Below, in pieces: positions 9,866 through 18,890 of a DNA stretch of 64,000 bases. Within the stretch, counting starts at the first letter, position 1. Each line of letters begins with the position of its first letter. The notes under the pieces are model-generated. The model saw nothing but the letters and a program-made list of their open reading frames with translations. It was not told where the DNA came from and did no database searches. The DNA lies in the NCBI GenBank assembly GCA_963667505.2, contig OY763490.2:3245773-3309772 (forward strand), given 5' to 3'. This DNA is from Acidimicrobiales bacterium (GTDB taxonomy: Bacteria > Actinomycetota > Acidimicrobiia > Acidimicrobiales > Aldehydirespiratoraceae). Made by a program: the position numbers and the translations under genes.

Positions 9866-10892
9866 GCGACCGGCCCTCCTGCTCGAATGCCTCGGAGTAG
9901 ACGCCGGTCGTCGCGAGCTCCTCGGACGCCGCCCGTCCCTCGAAGGCGGTGTCCACCGCGTCGGCGATCTCCTGAGCGATCCGGTCGCGGACCGCGGCGG
10001 CCTCCGCCTCCGAAACCGGAAGGTCTCGTTCGGCGTTGGCGATCGGATCGTGGGTCTGCATGTGCGACTTGCCCAAGTCCCTCGGCAGGTACCGGTAGTC
10101 GGGATCGTTGAGGCTGTGGGCTCGCACCCGCCACACCTCGACCTCGAGGAACGCCGCCCTGCCCGTGGCGCGGACCTCGTCGATCATCTCGGCGGCGATC
10201 CGGTGCACCGCGAACACGTCATCTCCGGCGACGTACTCGGATCGAAGCCCGAAGCCCGCCGCCCAGGCGGCGATGGTTCCCGGCTCGCCAAAGGTGCGCT
10301 CCACCGGCATCGAATGGGCCAGATGGTTGTTCTCGCAGGCCACTAGCAACGGCGTTCCCCAGGTCCGCGCCATGCGCAGGGTCTCGGCCAGTACGCCCTG
10401 CGCCGCGCCGCCGTCGCCGACGAAGCTGACGGCCACGAGGTCCTTGCCCAGCCGCCGGGAGGCCCAGGCCGCGCCGGCGGCCCAGGGCACTCCGCCGGCG
10501 ACGATGGCGTTCTCTCCCAGGAACCCTGAGGCGATGTCGTGCAGGTGCATCGAGCCGCCCTTGCCGCCGGAGGACCCCTGCTTCAGGCCCAAAAGCTCGG
10601 CGACGATGGCCGCCGGGCTCATGCCTTTGGCGACGGCGTGGCCATGGCCCCGGTGGGTGGACGTGACCAGATCCGTCGGCCGGAGGCAGCCGATCACGCC
10701 CGCAGCCGCAGCCTCCTGTCCCATCGAGGAATGGAACGAACCGTGCATCCTCCCGGCGAAATGCAGCGCTTCGATGCGCGTCTCGAGCTCGCGGATGCGC
10801 ATCATGGTCTCGTAGAGCTCAAGGGAGCCCGAGGAGGCTGTCGCCACCGATGCTGGCTCGGGAGTTGCCGGCGCTTCGGAGCCGCCGGTCAT
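9855..10892 (-). CDS. TPP-dependent dehydrogenase E1 component alpha subunit
   Basis: C-terminal 345 aa of the 943-aa ORF. Motifs TSTHRGHGHAVAKG, GGKGGSMHL, VSFVGDGGAAQG, ACENN. The ATG at 10892 overlaps the upstream stop (ATGA). Confidence 0.85.
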   Translation of the reverse strand: MTGGSEAPATPEPASVATASSGSLELYETMMRIRELETRIEALHFAGRMHGSFHSSMGQEAAAAGVIGCLRPTDLVTSTHRGHGHAVAKGMSPAAIVAELLGLKQGSSGGKGGSMHLHDIASGFLGENAIVAGGVPWAAGAAWASRRLGKDLVAVSFVGDGGAAQGVLAETLRMARTWGTPLLVACENNHLAHSMPVERTFGEPGTIAAWAAGFGLRSEYVAGDDVFAVHRIAAEMIDEVRATGRAAFLEVEVWRVRAHSLNDPDYRYLPRDLGKSHMQTHDPIANAERDLPVSEAEAAAVRDRIAQEIADAVDTAFEGRAASEELATTGVYSEAFEQEGRSRGW

Positions 10893-12676
10893 TCCGCTTG
10901 CCGTCTGAGCCTGCGACGGGCGGCCAGCGTCGCCTCGACGTCGACGCGGCCGTCGCTTCGCACGACGACGCCGTACTCGGACTCGGCGGACGCGGCTGTC
11001 ACATAGCCCTCGACGACATCGGCCGCGACCCGCTGGGGCTCGCGGTCGAGCGGGTCGCCGTAGCCGCCGCCACCGGTGGTGGTGTTCTCCACGACCGTGC
11101 CCCGGGGGATGACTCGCCCGGCGAACTTGGACGGCGAGACCGTTCCGAAGGCCTCGGTGGCGTGCGCGAATCCCGCCGAGCCGGGGAGCCTGACCCTGAA
11201 GTCGTTGTAGTGGCCGCCCGCCGAGGGCAGCGGCGACTTGCCGCCGTTGGTGCCCGGCGGGGGATGCCGGAACCGGTCGGCGATGAGGTTGATGGAGCTG
11301 GAGGCCGACAGGGCCCGCATGCGTTGGCGGATACCGAGCCCGCCCCGGTTGTAGCCCGGCCCGCCGCTGTTCTCGTTGAGGCAGTACTCCTCGTAGCGCC
11401 ACGGGAAGCGGCTCTCGAATATCTCGACGGGCTGGTTCATGTCGTTGCCGACCGGGTTGATCTGCGCGGTCAGACCGTCGCCTGAGGCACGGCCGCCCCA
11501 CCCGCCCTCGTGGTAGACGTAGATGATCGAGTACTCGTCCAACTCGGGGTGCCGACTGCCCCCGGTGAAGTTCTGGCAGGTGCCGAAGCAGGCGCCCATG
11601 ACCCGGTCGGGCACCGCCTGCGCGAAGCAGGCCAGCAGCACGTCCATGATCCGTGAGGAGGTCTCGACGTTGCCTCCGAACACGGCCGCGGGGGATTCGG
11701 CGTTGACCACGCTGCCCGACGGGGCCACGATGTCGATCGGCCGGAAGGCGCCGTGGTTGGACGGCATGTCGGGATCCGAGACCTGGAACAGCACGGTGTA
11801 CACCTGCGAGGCGGTGACGCCGTAGGTGGCGTTGATGGGTCCCTGCACCTGCGGATCGCACCCGGTGAAGTCCGCGGTGACCGTGTCGCCGTCGATGGTC
11901 AGCCGGCACCGAACCTTCACCGGGTCCAGCGTCGGGCCGGCGTCGTCGAGCACGTCGGCGGCCTCGTAGGAACCGTCGGGGAGGGCCGAGATCATGGCCC
12001 GCATCCGGCGCTCGCTGTAGTTCTTGATCTCGTCGGTGGCCTCGACGAAGGTGTCGGGGCCGTACTTGCGGCAGTACTCCTGCACCCGGCGCTCGGCCAC
12101 CTTCAGCGATCCGAACATGGCCCTGAAGTCTCCGTGGACGATCTTGGGAACCCGGATGTTGGCCAGGATCAGGTCCCACACGTCCTTGACGGGCTCGCCT
12201 CTGCGATAGACCTTCACCGGGGGAACGATGAGCCCCTCTTGGAAGATCTCGGTGGCGTCGCCGGGGAAGCCGCCGGGCGCGGAGCCGCCCACGTCGATCT
12301 GATGGCCCCGCACCGCCGGTATCGCCACCAGCCGCCCGTCGTGGAACACCGGTGCCATCATCGTGAAGTCGGTCAGGTGGGTGCCGCCCCGGAACGGGTC
12401 GTTGTGGAGGATGACATCGCCCTCGTCGAGGTTGTCGAGGCCGATCTCCTTGACGGTCCATTCGACGGTGTACGGCATCGACCCGAGATGGACGGGGTTG
12501 AACTCGGCCTGGGCCACCATCTCGCCGGTCCCGTCGAAGAGCGCGCACGAGAAGTCGAACCCCTCGCTGAAGATGGGCGAGTAGGCGGTGCGCGACAGCG
12601 CGTGGCCCATGCTGCGGCACAGGGCCACCAAGCCCTCGCGGATCACCTGGAGTGTGACTTGGTCGATCATGCTCAC
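10889..12676 (-). CDS. hydantoinase B/oxoprolinase family protein
   Basis: 595 aa. N-terminus DQVTLQVIREGLVALCRSMGHALSRTAYSPIFSEGFDFSCALFDG is typical of the HyuB family. Start may be 12676 (GTG) or 12670 (ATG). Confidence 0.85.
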   Translation of the reverse strand: MSMIDQVTLQVIREGLVALCRSMGHALSRTAYSPIFSEGFDFSCALFDGTGEMVAQAEFNPVHLGSMPYTVEWTVKEIGLDNLDEGDVILHNDPFRGGTHLTDFTMMAPVFHDGRLVAIPAVRGHQIDVGGSAPGGFPGDATEIFQEGLIVPPVKVYRRGEPVKDVWDLILANIRVPKIVHGDFRAMFGSLKVAERRVQEYCRKYGPDTFVEATDEIKNYSERRMRAMISALPDGSYEAADVLDDAGPTLDPVKVRCRLTIDGDTVTADFTGCDPQVQGPINATYGVTASQVYTVLFQVSDPDMPSNHGAFRPIDIVAPSGSVVNAESPAAVFGGNVETSSRIMDVLLACFAQAVPDRVMGACFGTCQNFTGGSRHPELDEYSIIYVYHEGGWGGRASGDGLTAQINPVGNDMNQPVEIFESRFPWRYEEYCLNENSGGPGYNRGGLGIRQRMRALSASSSINLIADRFRHPPPGTNGGKSPLPSAGGHYNDFRVRLPGSAGFAHATEAFGTVSPSKFAGRVIPRGTVVENTTTGGGGYGDPLDREPQRVAADVVEGYVTAASAESEYGVVVRSDGRVDVEATLAARRRLRRQAE

Positions 12677-12704
12677 CCGCTCTCATCGACTGGATCGGTC
12701 ATAC

Positions 12705-14759
12705 TCACCCGCTCTGAGCCACGCTGACCACGATGTTGCCGAGGTCGTCGATGGCGGTGCTGTCGTCGGTGCCCCTGACCACCACGGTGGAGTCGGGCTC
12801 CTCGATGATCAAGGCGCCCGGCCGGGCCCAGCCCACGCTCAGGCCGCTCCGGTCGAACACGGGGGCCTCCACGACCTGGCCGGAGGAGGAGAACAGGGCC
12901 CGGCGCCCCTTGGCCTCGGCGCCGCCCTCGGGCTCGGGCGGGGCGAACTCCGGCTTCTCGACGGCCGCGATCACGGCGAGGCGCAGGCTGACGAACTCCA
13001 GCGCCTCGTCCTCCTTGTGGTGCCCGAACAGCCGAAGGTGCTCGGCGTGGAAGTTGTCGACGACGCGCCGCACGGTGGCCTCGGTGACCGGCCCCGGCGG
13101 GAAGGCGACGTTGACCTCGAAGTTCTGGCCGCTGTAGCGCACATCGGCGGTGAACTGCATAAGCGGTGCGGCGACGACCCCCATCCGGTCCATGGCCGCC
13201 TCGCCCTCGGCCACGAGCTCCTCCGACAGCGCCGTCAGCGTGGCCAGATCGAGTTCCTCCATGCGGCGCAGATAGCTGCGGACGAAGTCGAGGCGTATGT
13301 CGGCGCACAGGCCGCCGAACGCGCAGAACGCGCCCGGAAATCGCGGCACCAGCACCGTGCCCACACCGAGTTCTCGAGCCAGCTCGACTGCGGAGACGGG
13401 TCCGGCGCCGCCGTAGGCGATCATGGCGTAGTCCCGGGGGTCGTATCCCCGCTGGGTGGACACGATGTGCATCGCGCCGACCATGGACGCCTCCGCAACC
13501 CGCACGATCCCGAGAGCAGCCTCGGTCGCGGTCATGCCCACCCGGTCGCCGATCTGGTCGCTGATCGCCTGCCCGGCCGCCTCCGCGTCGAGCCGGACCC
13601 GACCACCGAGGAAATAGGCCGGGTCGATGAGGCCGATGGTCACGTAGGCGTCGGTGAGGGTGGGCAGCGCCCCTCCTTTGCCGTAGCACACCGGGCCCGG
13701 CTCCGACCCGGCCGAGTCCGGTCCGACCTGAATCAGGCCGCCCGGATCGACCCGGGCGATGCTGCCGCCTCCGGCCCCGATCGACTTGACGTCGACCAGC
13801 GGGATCTTGAAGGGGATGCCCCATTGGATGAACCCCTCCGTGGTGCGCGACGGGACTCCGCCCTCGATCAGGCTCACCTCGAAGCTGGTGCCGCCCACGT
13901 CTATGGCCAGGAGATTCGGATAGCCGCTCTGCACCCCGAGGTGGGCGGCCCCGATGACGCCGCCCGCGGGGCCCGACTGCAGGGTGCGCACCGGTGTCGC
14001 CCTGGCTTCGGCCACGGGCACGATCCCGCCGCCGGAGCTGATCACGGTCACGCCGCATTCCATGCCCCCGGAGGCCAGTCGCCGTTCCAGGTTCTCGAAG
14101 TACGCGCCCATCACCGGCTTGACGTACGCGTCGATCACCACCGTGCTGGAGCGCTCGTACTCCCTGATCTCGGGGAGGATCTCGCTGGAGATGGAGACCG
14201 GAACGTCAGGCCAGACCCGGGTGATGATGTCGCGGGCCTGACGCTCGTGAACCGGGCTCATGAAGGAGAACAGGAAGCACACCGCGATCGACTCCACGCC
14301 GGCGTCTCTCATCTCGGTGACCGTGGCCGCCAGGGCATCGGTGTCGAGCGGCGTGACCACCCGACCCCGGTAATCCACTCGCTCGGTCGCCTCGAAGCGC
14401 AGTCGTCGGGGCACTAGCGGCACCGGGCTCGCCCATTGGAGGTCGTAGTGGCGCTCCCGGTTGATCCGCATGATCTCCAGGGTGTCGCGGAACCCGGCCG
14501 TGGATATCAGGCCGACCCGGCCCCCTTTGCGCTCGACCACCGCGTTGGTGGCGGTGGTGGTGCCGTGCACGAACTGGCCGACGTCGGAGAGGGCGACCCC
14601 GCCCTCGGCCAGCACCTCCAGGACGCCGTCGGTGCGATCGGCGGGCGTGGTGAACGACTTGGACATCGACAGTTCGCCGGTAGTGCTGTCGAAGGCGACC
14701 AGATCGGTGAACGTGCCGCCGATGTCGACGCCGATCCGCAGCGGTCCGGGCGGGGTCAC
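12705..14759 (-). CDS. hydantoinase A/oxoprolinase family protein
   Basis: 684 aa. Motifs RIGVDIGGTFTDLV and LAIDVGGTSFEV (ASKHA-fold ATPase motifs). GTG start overlaps the upstream stop (GTGA). Confidence 0.85.
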   Translation of the reverse strand: MTPPGPLRIGVDIGGTFTDLVAFDSTTGELSMSKSFTTPADRTDGVLEVLAEGGVALSDVGQFVHGTTTATNAVVERKGGRVGLISTAGFRDTLEIMRINRERHYDLQWASPVPLVPRRLRFEATERVDYRGRVVTPLDTDALAATVTEMRDAGVESIAVCFLFSFMSPVHERQARDIITRVWPDVPVSISSEILPEIREYERSSTVVIDAYVKPVMGAYFENLERRLASGGMECGVTVISSGGGIVPVAEARATPVRTLQSGPAGGVIGAAHLGVQSGYPNLLAIDVGGTSFEVSLIEGGVPSRTTEGFIQWGIPFKIPLVDVKSIGAGGGSIARVDPGGLIQVGPDSAGSEPGPVCYGKGGALPTLTDAYVTIGLIDPAYFLGGRVRLDAEAAGQAISDQIGDRVGMTATEAALGIVRVAEASMVGAMHIVSTQRGYDPRDYAMIAYGGAGPVSAVELARELGVGTVLVPRFPGAFCAFGGLCADIRLDFVRSYLRRMEELDLATLTALSEELVAEGEAAMDRMGVVAAPLMQFTADVRYSGQNFEVNVAFPPGPVTEATVRRVVDNFHAEHLRLFGHHKEDEALEFVSLRLAVIAAVEKPEFAPPEPEGGAEAKGRRALFSSSGQVVEAPVFDRSGLSVGWARPGALIIEEPDSTVVVRGTDDSTAIDDLGNIVVSVAQSG

Positions 14760-15835
14760 GAATCAGCGCCTGCGCCGACGGCCGCGCTCAGCCCGCCCAG
14801 CCAGGCCCGGGCGGCCGGCAGCCGGCTGACCGGCAAGATTCCCGGCGGGGCGTCGATCACGGTCGGGATGCTGTTGACCAGATGGGCGGACGTCGCGTAG
14901 AGGGCGTCGTTGCCGGGGCGGAAACGGATGCGGATGGGATGCTCGCCTTCGATGTCGATGGAGTCGCCGACCTCGTGCCCGGCCTCGGCGGGCCGCAGGT
15001 GCAGCAGCAGGTCGAGGGTCATGAACTCCGCTCCGTTGACACGGCCCCTCGCGGTGTGCAGGAAGCCCTCCGTCGAGCCGGCCGGAACAGCTCCGTACAG
15101 CGTGGGCGCGTCTTGGGTGGCCACGTAGGGGACGAACTCCTGGGTGACCGAGCTGTCGAGCCTCAGTCCGAGCCCCTCGACGACCATGCGTATGGACTCC
15201 GGGAATCCGACGTGACCGGCGATGGAGCCGTCGGCGTGGCCCGCGTCGAACTCGTCCAGCGTGTAGCCGATCCCGAGCCGCCGGTGGATGTCCCGGCCGA
15301 ACCCGGACACGTCGACCACTCTGCGCCCGGTGATCCTGCCGATGTCCCAGCACAGGCCGCTGGCCGCCAGGACCAGGAAGTCGAAGATGAACCCGGGGTT
15401 GACCCCCGTCCCCAGAACCGAGGCGCCGCCCCGCTTGGCCGCTTCGTCTATGCGGTCCCATTCGGCCTCCCGGCCCGGCTCTCGATAGGCGAGCTCCTCG
15501 CACGCCGACACGAAGTTCACGCCCGCCGTCACACAGGCGACTACATCGTCGGCCACTTGATGCAGGAACGAGCGCGACCCGTCGATGACCGCCACCGGTG
15601 CCGTGGCCAAGAGCTCTGACAGCTCGCCGAACACGGGGATCGGCTTGTCCGAGGCCACCCCGGCAATCTCGGCCAAATCCCCGCCGATTGCATCACGGTC
15701 CGCGCTGCACGCCCCGACGAGTTGGTAGTCGTGACGATGGGTCAACAGCAGCCGGGCAGCGTGGCGGCCGACTCCCCCCGATCCGATTATCCCGATGGGA
15801 AGCACCCCGGTCCCCTCTCGTCGAGCCCCGGGCAT
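14756..15835 (-). CDS. DapB-like NAD(P)H-dependent amine dehydrogenase family protein
   Basis: Rossmann IGIIGSGGVGRH, then VLGTGVNPGFIFDFL, typical of the 2,4-diaminopentanoate-dehydrogenase/AmDH family. Candidate starts at 15844, 15835 or 15805. The first 76 aa of the tracked ORF are Pro/Ser/Arg-rich and unlikely to be coding. Confidence 0.6.
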   Translation of the reverse strand: MPGARREGTGVLPIGIIGSGGVGRHAARLLLTHRHDYQLVGACSADRDAIGGDLAEIAGVASDKPIPVFGELSELLATAPVAVIDGSRSFLHQVADDVVACVTAGVNFVSACEELAYREPGREAEWDRIDEAAKRGGASVLGTGVNPGFIFDFLVLAASGLCWDIGRITGRRVVDVSGFGRDIHRRLGIGYTLDEFDAGHADGSIAGHVGFPESIRMVVEGLGLRLDSSVTQEFVPYVATQDAPTLYGAVPAGSTEGFLHTARGRVNGAEFMTLDLLLHLRPAEAGHEVGDSIDIEGEHPIRIRFRPGNDALYATSAHLVNSIPTVIDAPPGILPVSRLPAARAWLGGLSAAVGAGADS

Positions 15836-15920
15836 GATACGCATCCGACTTCGGGGCCTTCCAAGGGCAGGACGGCGGGCCGGGCTCGGCGACCCCTGGC
15901 TGCGAGGCGCGTCGGCTGTA

Positions 15921-17216
15921 CTAGGTGCCGAAGTCGTCGGGGACGTGGACGGGCATGTCGGACTGGGCCCATTCCTTGATCGTGTCGGCCACTTGGGCTG
16001 CCTCCTCGGCGGGCATCGCGGCCACGATGCTGCGGCCGAGTGCCTCGAACACGGGAATCTCGTCGTCTTCAAGGGCTCGCATCGGCACTTTGCGGGCCAT
16101 GGCCGCGTCGAGGGCGGGGATCAGCCGGTCGAGCTTGGCCCGCTCGCGGTCGGCCTCGCCCTCAGCGAACTCGCCCATCACGTCGGCCGCGAACAGCTCC
16201 AGGGTCTCGCAGATGTGGTCGTGGCGGTTGTTGCCGCCCTGCTGGATGAACACCACTTGGTCGACACCGGCCTCGGCGAAGCCCCGCAGATGGTCGCGCA
16301 CCTGCTCGGGGGTACCGATGCCACTCTGCTCTCCCCGGTCCTCGATGGTGTGCCGGGCGGCGAGATAGTCAGCCCAGATGTCGGTCCGGCCCGGCTTGTG
16401 CTCGCCGAAGATGTAGTGGTGGCCGAGTCCGTAGCCGAAGAACTGGAAGCCGTCGAGGCCCCGGCGCCTGGCCTCGTCGGCGTCGGGATGCACCGACAGG
16501 CCGGTGACCATGGCGATGTTGGGGTTGACGACGTGGCCGATGGGCACGCACTCGGTCTCCAGGATCCGGTAGTAGTCCTGCACCCAGGCGGCCGCGTCAC
16601 CGGGATCGACGAACGAGAAAGTGAGGGCGCCGATGCCCAGCCGGGCGGCCAGCTTGATCGTCTCCCGGCTGGAGCAGGCCACCCACAGAGGCGGATGGGG
16701 CTTCTGCACCGGCTTGGGCACCACATTGCGGCACGGCATCGAGAAGTAGTCGCCGTCGTAACCCGGATACGGGTCCATGGCCATCATGTTGCAGCACTGC
16801 TCGACCGCTTCCTGCCAGGCAGGGCGCTTATGGTCGGCGTCCACGCCGAAGCCGCCCAGCTCCAGGATCGACGACGACTCGCCGGTGCCGAAGTCCACCC
16901 GCCCGCCCGACACCAGGTCGAGAGTAGAGATCCGCTCGGCCACCCGGGCCGGGTGGTTGTAGTCGGGTGGCATCAGCACGATGCCGTGGCCGAGCCGGAT
17001 CCGCTTGGTGCGCTGGCTGCAGGCGGCCAGGAACACCTCGGGCGCGGAGGAATGCGAGTACTCCTCCAGGAAGTGGTGCTCAACCTCCCAGGCGTAGTCG
17101 AAGCCGAGCCGGTCGGCCAGCTCCACCTGCTCCAACGCCTCGTTGAAGAGCCTCTGCTCGTCGCCCTCGCCCCAGGGCCGAGGCAACTGATGCTCATAGA
17201 AGATCCCGAACTTCAC
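15921..17216 (-). CDS. LLM-class flavin-dependent monooxygenase
   Basis: 431 aa. Motifs MKFGIFYEHQLPRPW...FDYAWEVEHHFLEEYSHSSAPEVFLAA. Confidence 0.8.
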   Translation of the reverse strand: MKFGIFYEHQLPRPWGEGDEQRLFNEALEQVELADRLGFDYAWEVEHHFLEEYSHSSAPEVFLAACSQRTKRIRLGHGIVLMPPDYNHPARVAERISTLDLVSGGRVDFGTGESSSILELGGFGVDADHKRPAWQEAVEQCCNMMAMDPYPGYDGDYFSMPCRNVVPKPVQKPHPPLWVACSSRETIKLAARLGIGALTFSFVDPGDAAAWVQDYYRILETECVPIGHVVNPNIAMVTGLSVHPDADEARRRGLDGFQFFGYGLGHHYIFGEHKPGRTDIWADYLAARHTIEDRGEQSGIGTPEQVRDHLRGFAEAGVDQVVFIQQGGNNRHDHICETLELFAADVMGEFAEGEADRERAKLDRLIPALDAAMARKVPMRALEDDEIPVFEALGRSIVAAMPAEEAAQVADTIKEWAQSDMPVHVPDDFGT

Positions 17217-17227
17217 GGAACGCGACT

Positions 17228-18643
17228 CTATGAGCCACCGGGATCAATCGCAGCCTCGGCTTCCCGCGCGCGGCGGCGGGGGTAGATGAGGCTGAACAGG
17301 ATTAGGTTGCAGAGGAAGCCTCCGGCGCACACCATCCACACGGTGCGGTAGGCGGCCAGCTGGGCGGCGGGGCTGTCGGACTGGCCGATCATGGCGAACG
17401 CCACCGCGATGGCGAGGGCTACGGATAGCTGGAAGAAGGTGGTGCGGCCGGCGGCGGCCATGGCGTAGCGCTCCGGGGGGATGTCCCGCAGCGCCGCGCC
17501 CACAAGTTGCGAGAAGCCGGTCCCGGCCGCCAGCCCCACGAGCGCGGTGGCCACCAGCAGCTTGGCCAGCGACGGCGCGGTGGTGATCGAGAGAATCAGC
17601 CAGAGCACGCCTGCCGCGCCGCAGGTCGATCCGACGATGAGGATGGGAGCGTTGCCGATCCGGTCGGCCAGGCGCCCGGCCTGTGGGGCGACGAGGAACG
17701 ACACGACCGGGCCCACCGCGTAGGCCAGGCCCGTCTTGATGATCGACCAGCCCCACACGTCCTGGATGAACGACGGCAACGGCACCAGCAGCGCGAAGAA
17801 ACCCAATGCGAAGAACAGCGACCCGAGATTGCCCAGCACGAAAGAGCGGATCCGCATGAGTGCCAGGTCGAACAGGGGGGCCGGGTGTCGCCTGCTGCGG
17901 ATCGTGAACACCGCGATCATGGCGGCGCCGGCCGCGAACGAGCCGAGCGTGGGAGCGGTTCCCCAGCCCCAGGCCTCGCCCTGCACGATCCCGAGGATGA
18001 TGGTGCCCACCCCGAACGACGCCAGTGGCACTCCGATGACATCAACACGGCCGCCGGTGCGGCCCGCCTTGCTCTCGGCCAGCGCCCTGGCGCCGAGCAG
18101 CAGCGAGGCCGCCGCGACGGGAACATTCACGTAGAACACGGCCCGCCAACTGAAGGCCTCGATCAGCAGAGCCCCGAGAGTGGGCCCCAGAGCGGCCGCC
18201 AGCCCGCCGGTGGCGCCCCATACTCCGATGGCGGTCTGGTGGCGCCCGCGGGGGAATGCGGTGAGCAGCAGTGCGAGTCCGGCGGGGTATTGCATGGATC
18301 CGCCGACGGCCTGCAAAGCTCTCGCCGCGATGAGCACGCCAATGCTCGTCGAGGCCCCGGCGACTATCGATCCCGCCGCGAAAAGCACCAGGCCGAACAG
18401 GAATATCCGGCGACGTCCGTAGCGGTCGGCCAGCCAGCCCGACAGCAACAGCAGCGCGGCCACCACGATCGAGTAGGCGTTCACCACCCACGACAGCGCC
18501 GCCGGAGTGGCACCCAGCGAGGCTCGGATCTTCGGCAGCGCCAGCGAGATGATGGTGAGCTCCATGGCCACCATGAACACCGCCACCGAGACCACGGCTA
18601 GCGTCAGCCAGGCCGACCGGGGGACGCGTTCCATTATCGGCAA
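17228..18643 (-). CDS. MFS transporter (DHA2/EmrB-like, about 14 TMS)
   Basis: 471 aa, hydrophobic throughout. Motif A-like GWLADRYGRRRIF. Confidence 0.8.
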   Translation of the reverse strand: MPIMERVPRSAWLTLAVVSVAVFMVAMELTIISLALPKIRASLGATPAALSWVVNAYSIVVAALLLLSGWLADRYGRRRIFLFGLVLFAAGSIVAGASTSIGVLIAARALQAVGGSMQYPAGLALLLTAFPRGRHQTAIGVWGATGGLAAALGPTLGALLIEAFSWRAVFYVNVPVAAASLLLGARALAESKAGRTGGRVDVIGVPLASFGVGTIILGIVQGEAWGWGTAPTLGSFAAGAAMIAVFTIRSRRHPAPLFDLALMRIRSFVLGNLGSLFFALGFFALLVPLPSFIQDVWGWSIIKTGLAYAVGPVVSFLVAPQAGRLADRIGNAPILIVGSTCGAAGVLWLILSITTAPSLAKLLVATALVGLAAGTGFSQLVGAALRDIPPERYAMAAAGRTTFFQLSVALAIAVAFAMIGQSDSPAAQLAAYRTVWMVCAGGFLCNLILFSLIYPRRRAREAEAAIDPGGS

Positions 18644-18744
18644 CTCTACGACGGCACGTCGTCCTCGAATGTCCGAGCGGACGGGCAGCCCTGCCGCAAC
18701 TCCACGACTGCCTGAAGGCTGTTCAAGAGCGAGACACGCGATGA

Positions 18745-18772
18745 TCTACTCTTAGGAAAGAGTCTCTACTCT
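18745..18772. promoter_or_regulatory. candidate operator in the MFS/gmaS divergent intergenic region
   Basis: Direct repeat TCTACTCT at 18745-18752 and 18765-18772 (20-bp spacing). It flanks the inverted repeat ACTCTT-AGGA-AAGAGT (18748-18763) in an AT-rich patch about 120 bp upstream of gmaS. Confidence 0.3.
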
Positions 18773-18890
18773 GGTTAGACATAAGGGCGGAGCTTGTAGT
18801 AGGGTCCGGCCGAGCGGGCACGTTGGCGACGCGTGCGCCCCTAGCGCTACGGTTTCGCTCGCACTCACAAGCAGCCCGATAGGGGGAGAA

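Noticed and set aside
9855-12686. 943-aa minus-strand ORF
   Set aside because: Only the C-terminal 345 aa (E1 alpha) look real. The upstream 600 aa are Arg/Pro/Gly-rich and overlap the well-supported HyuB frame out of phase.
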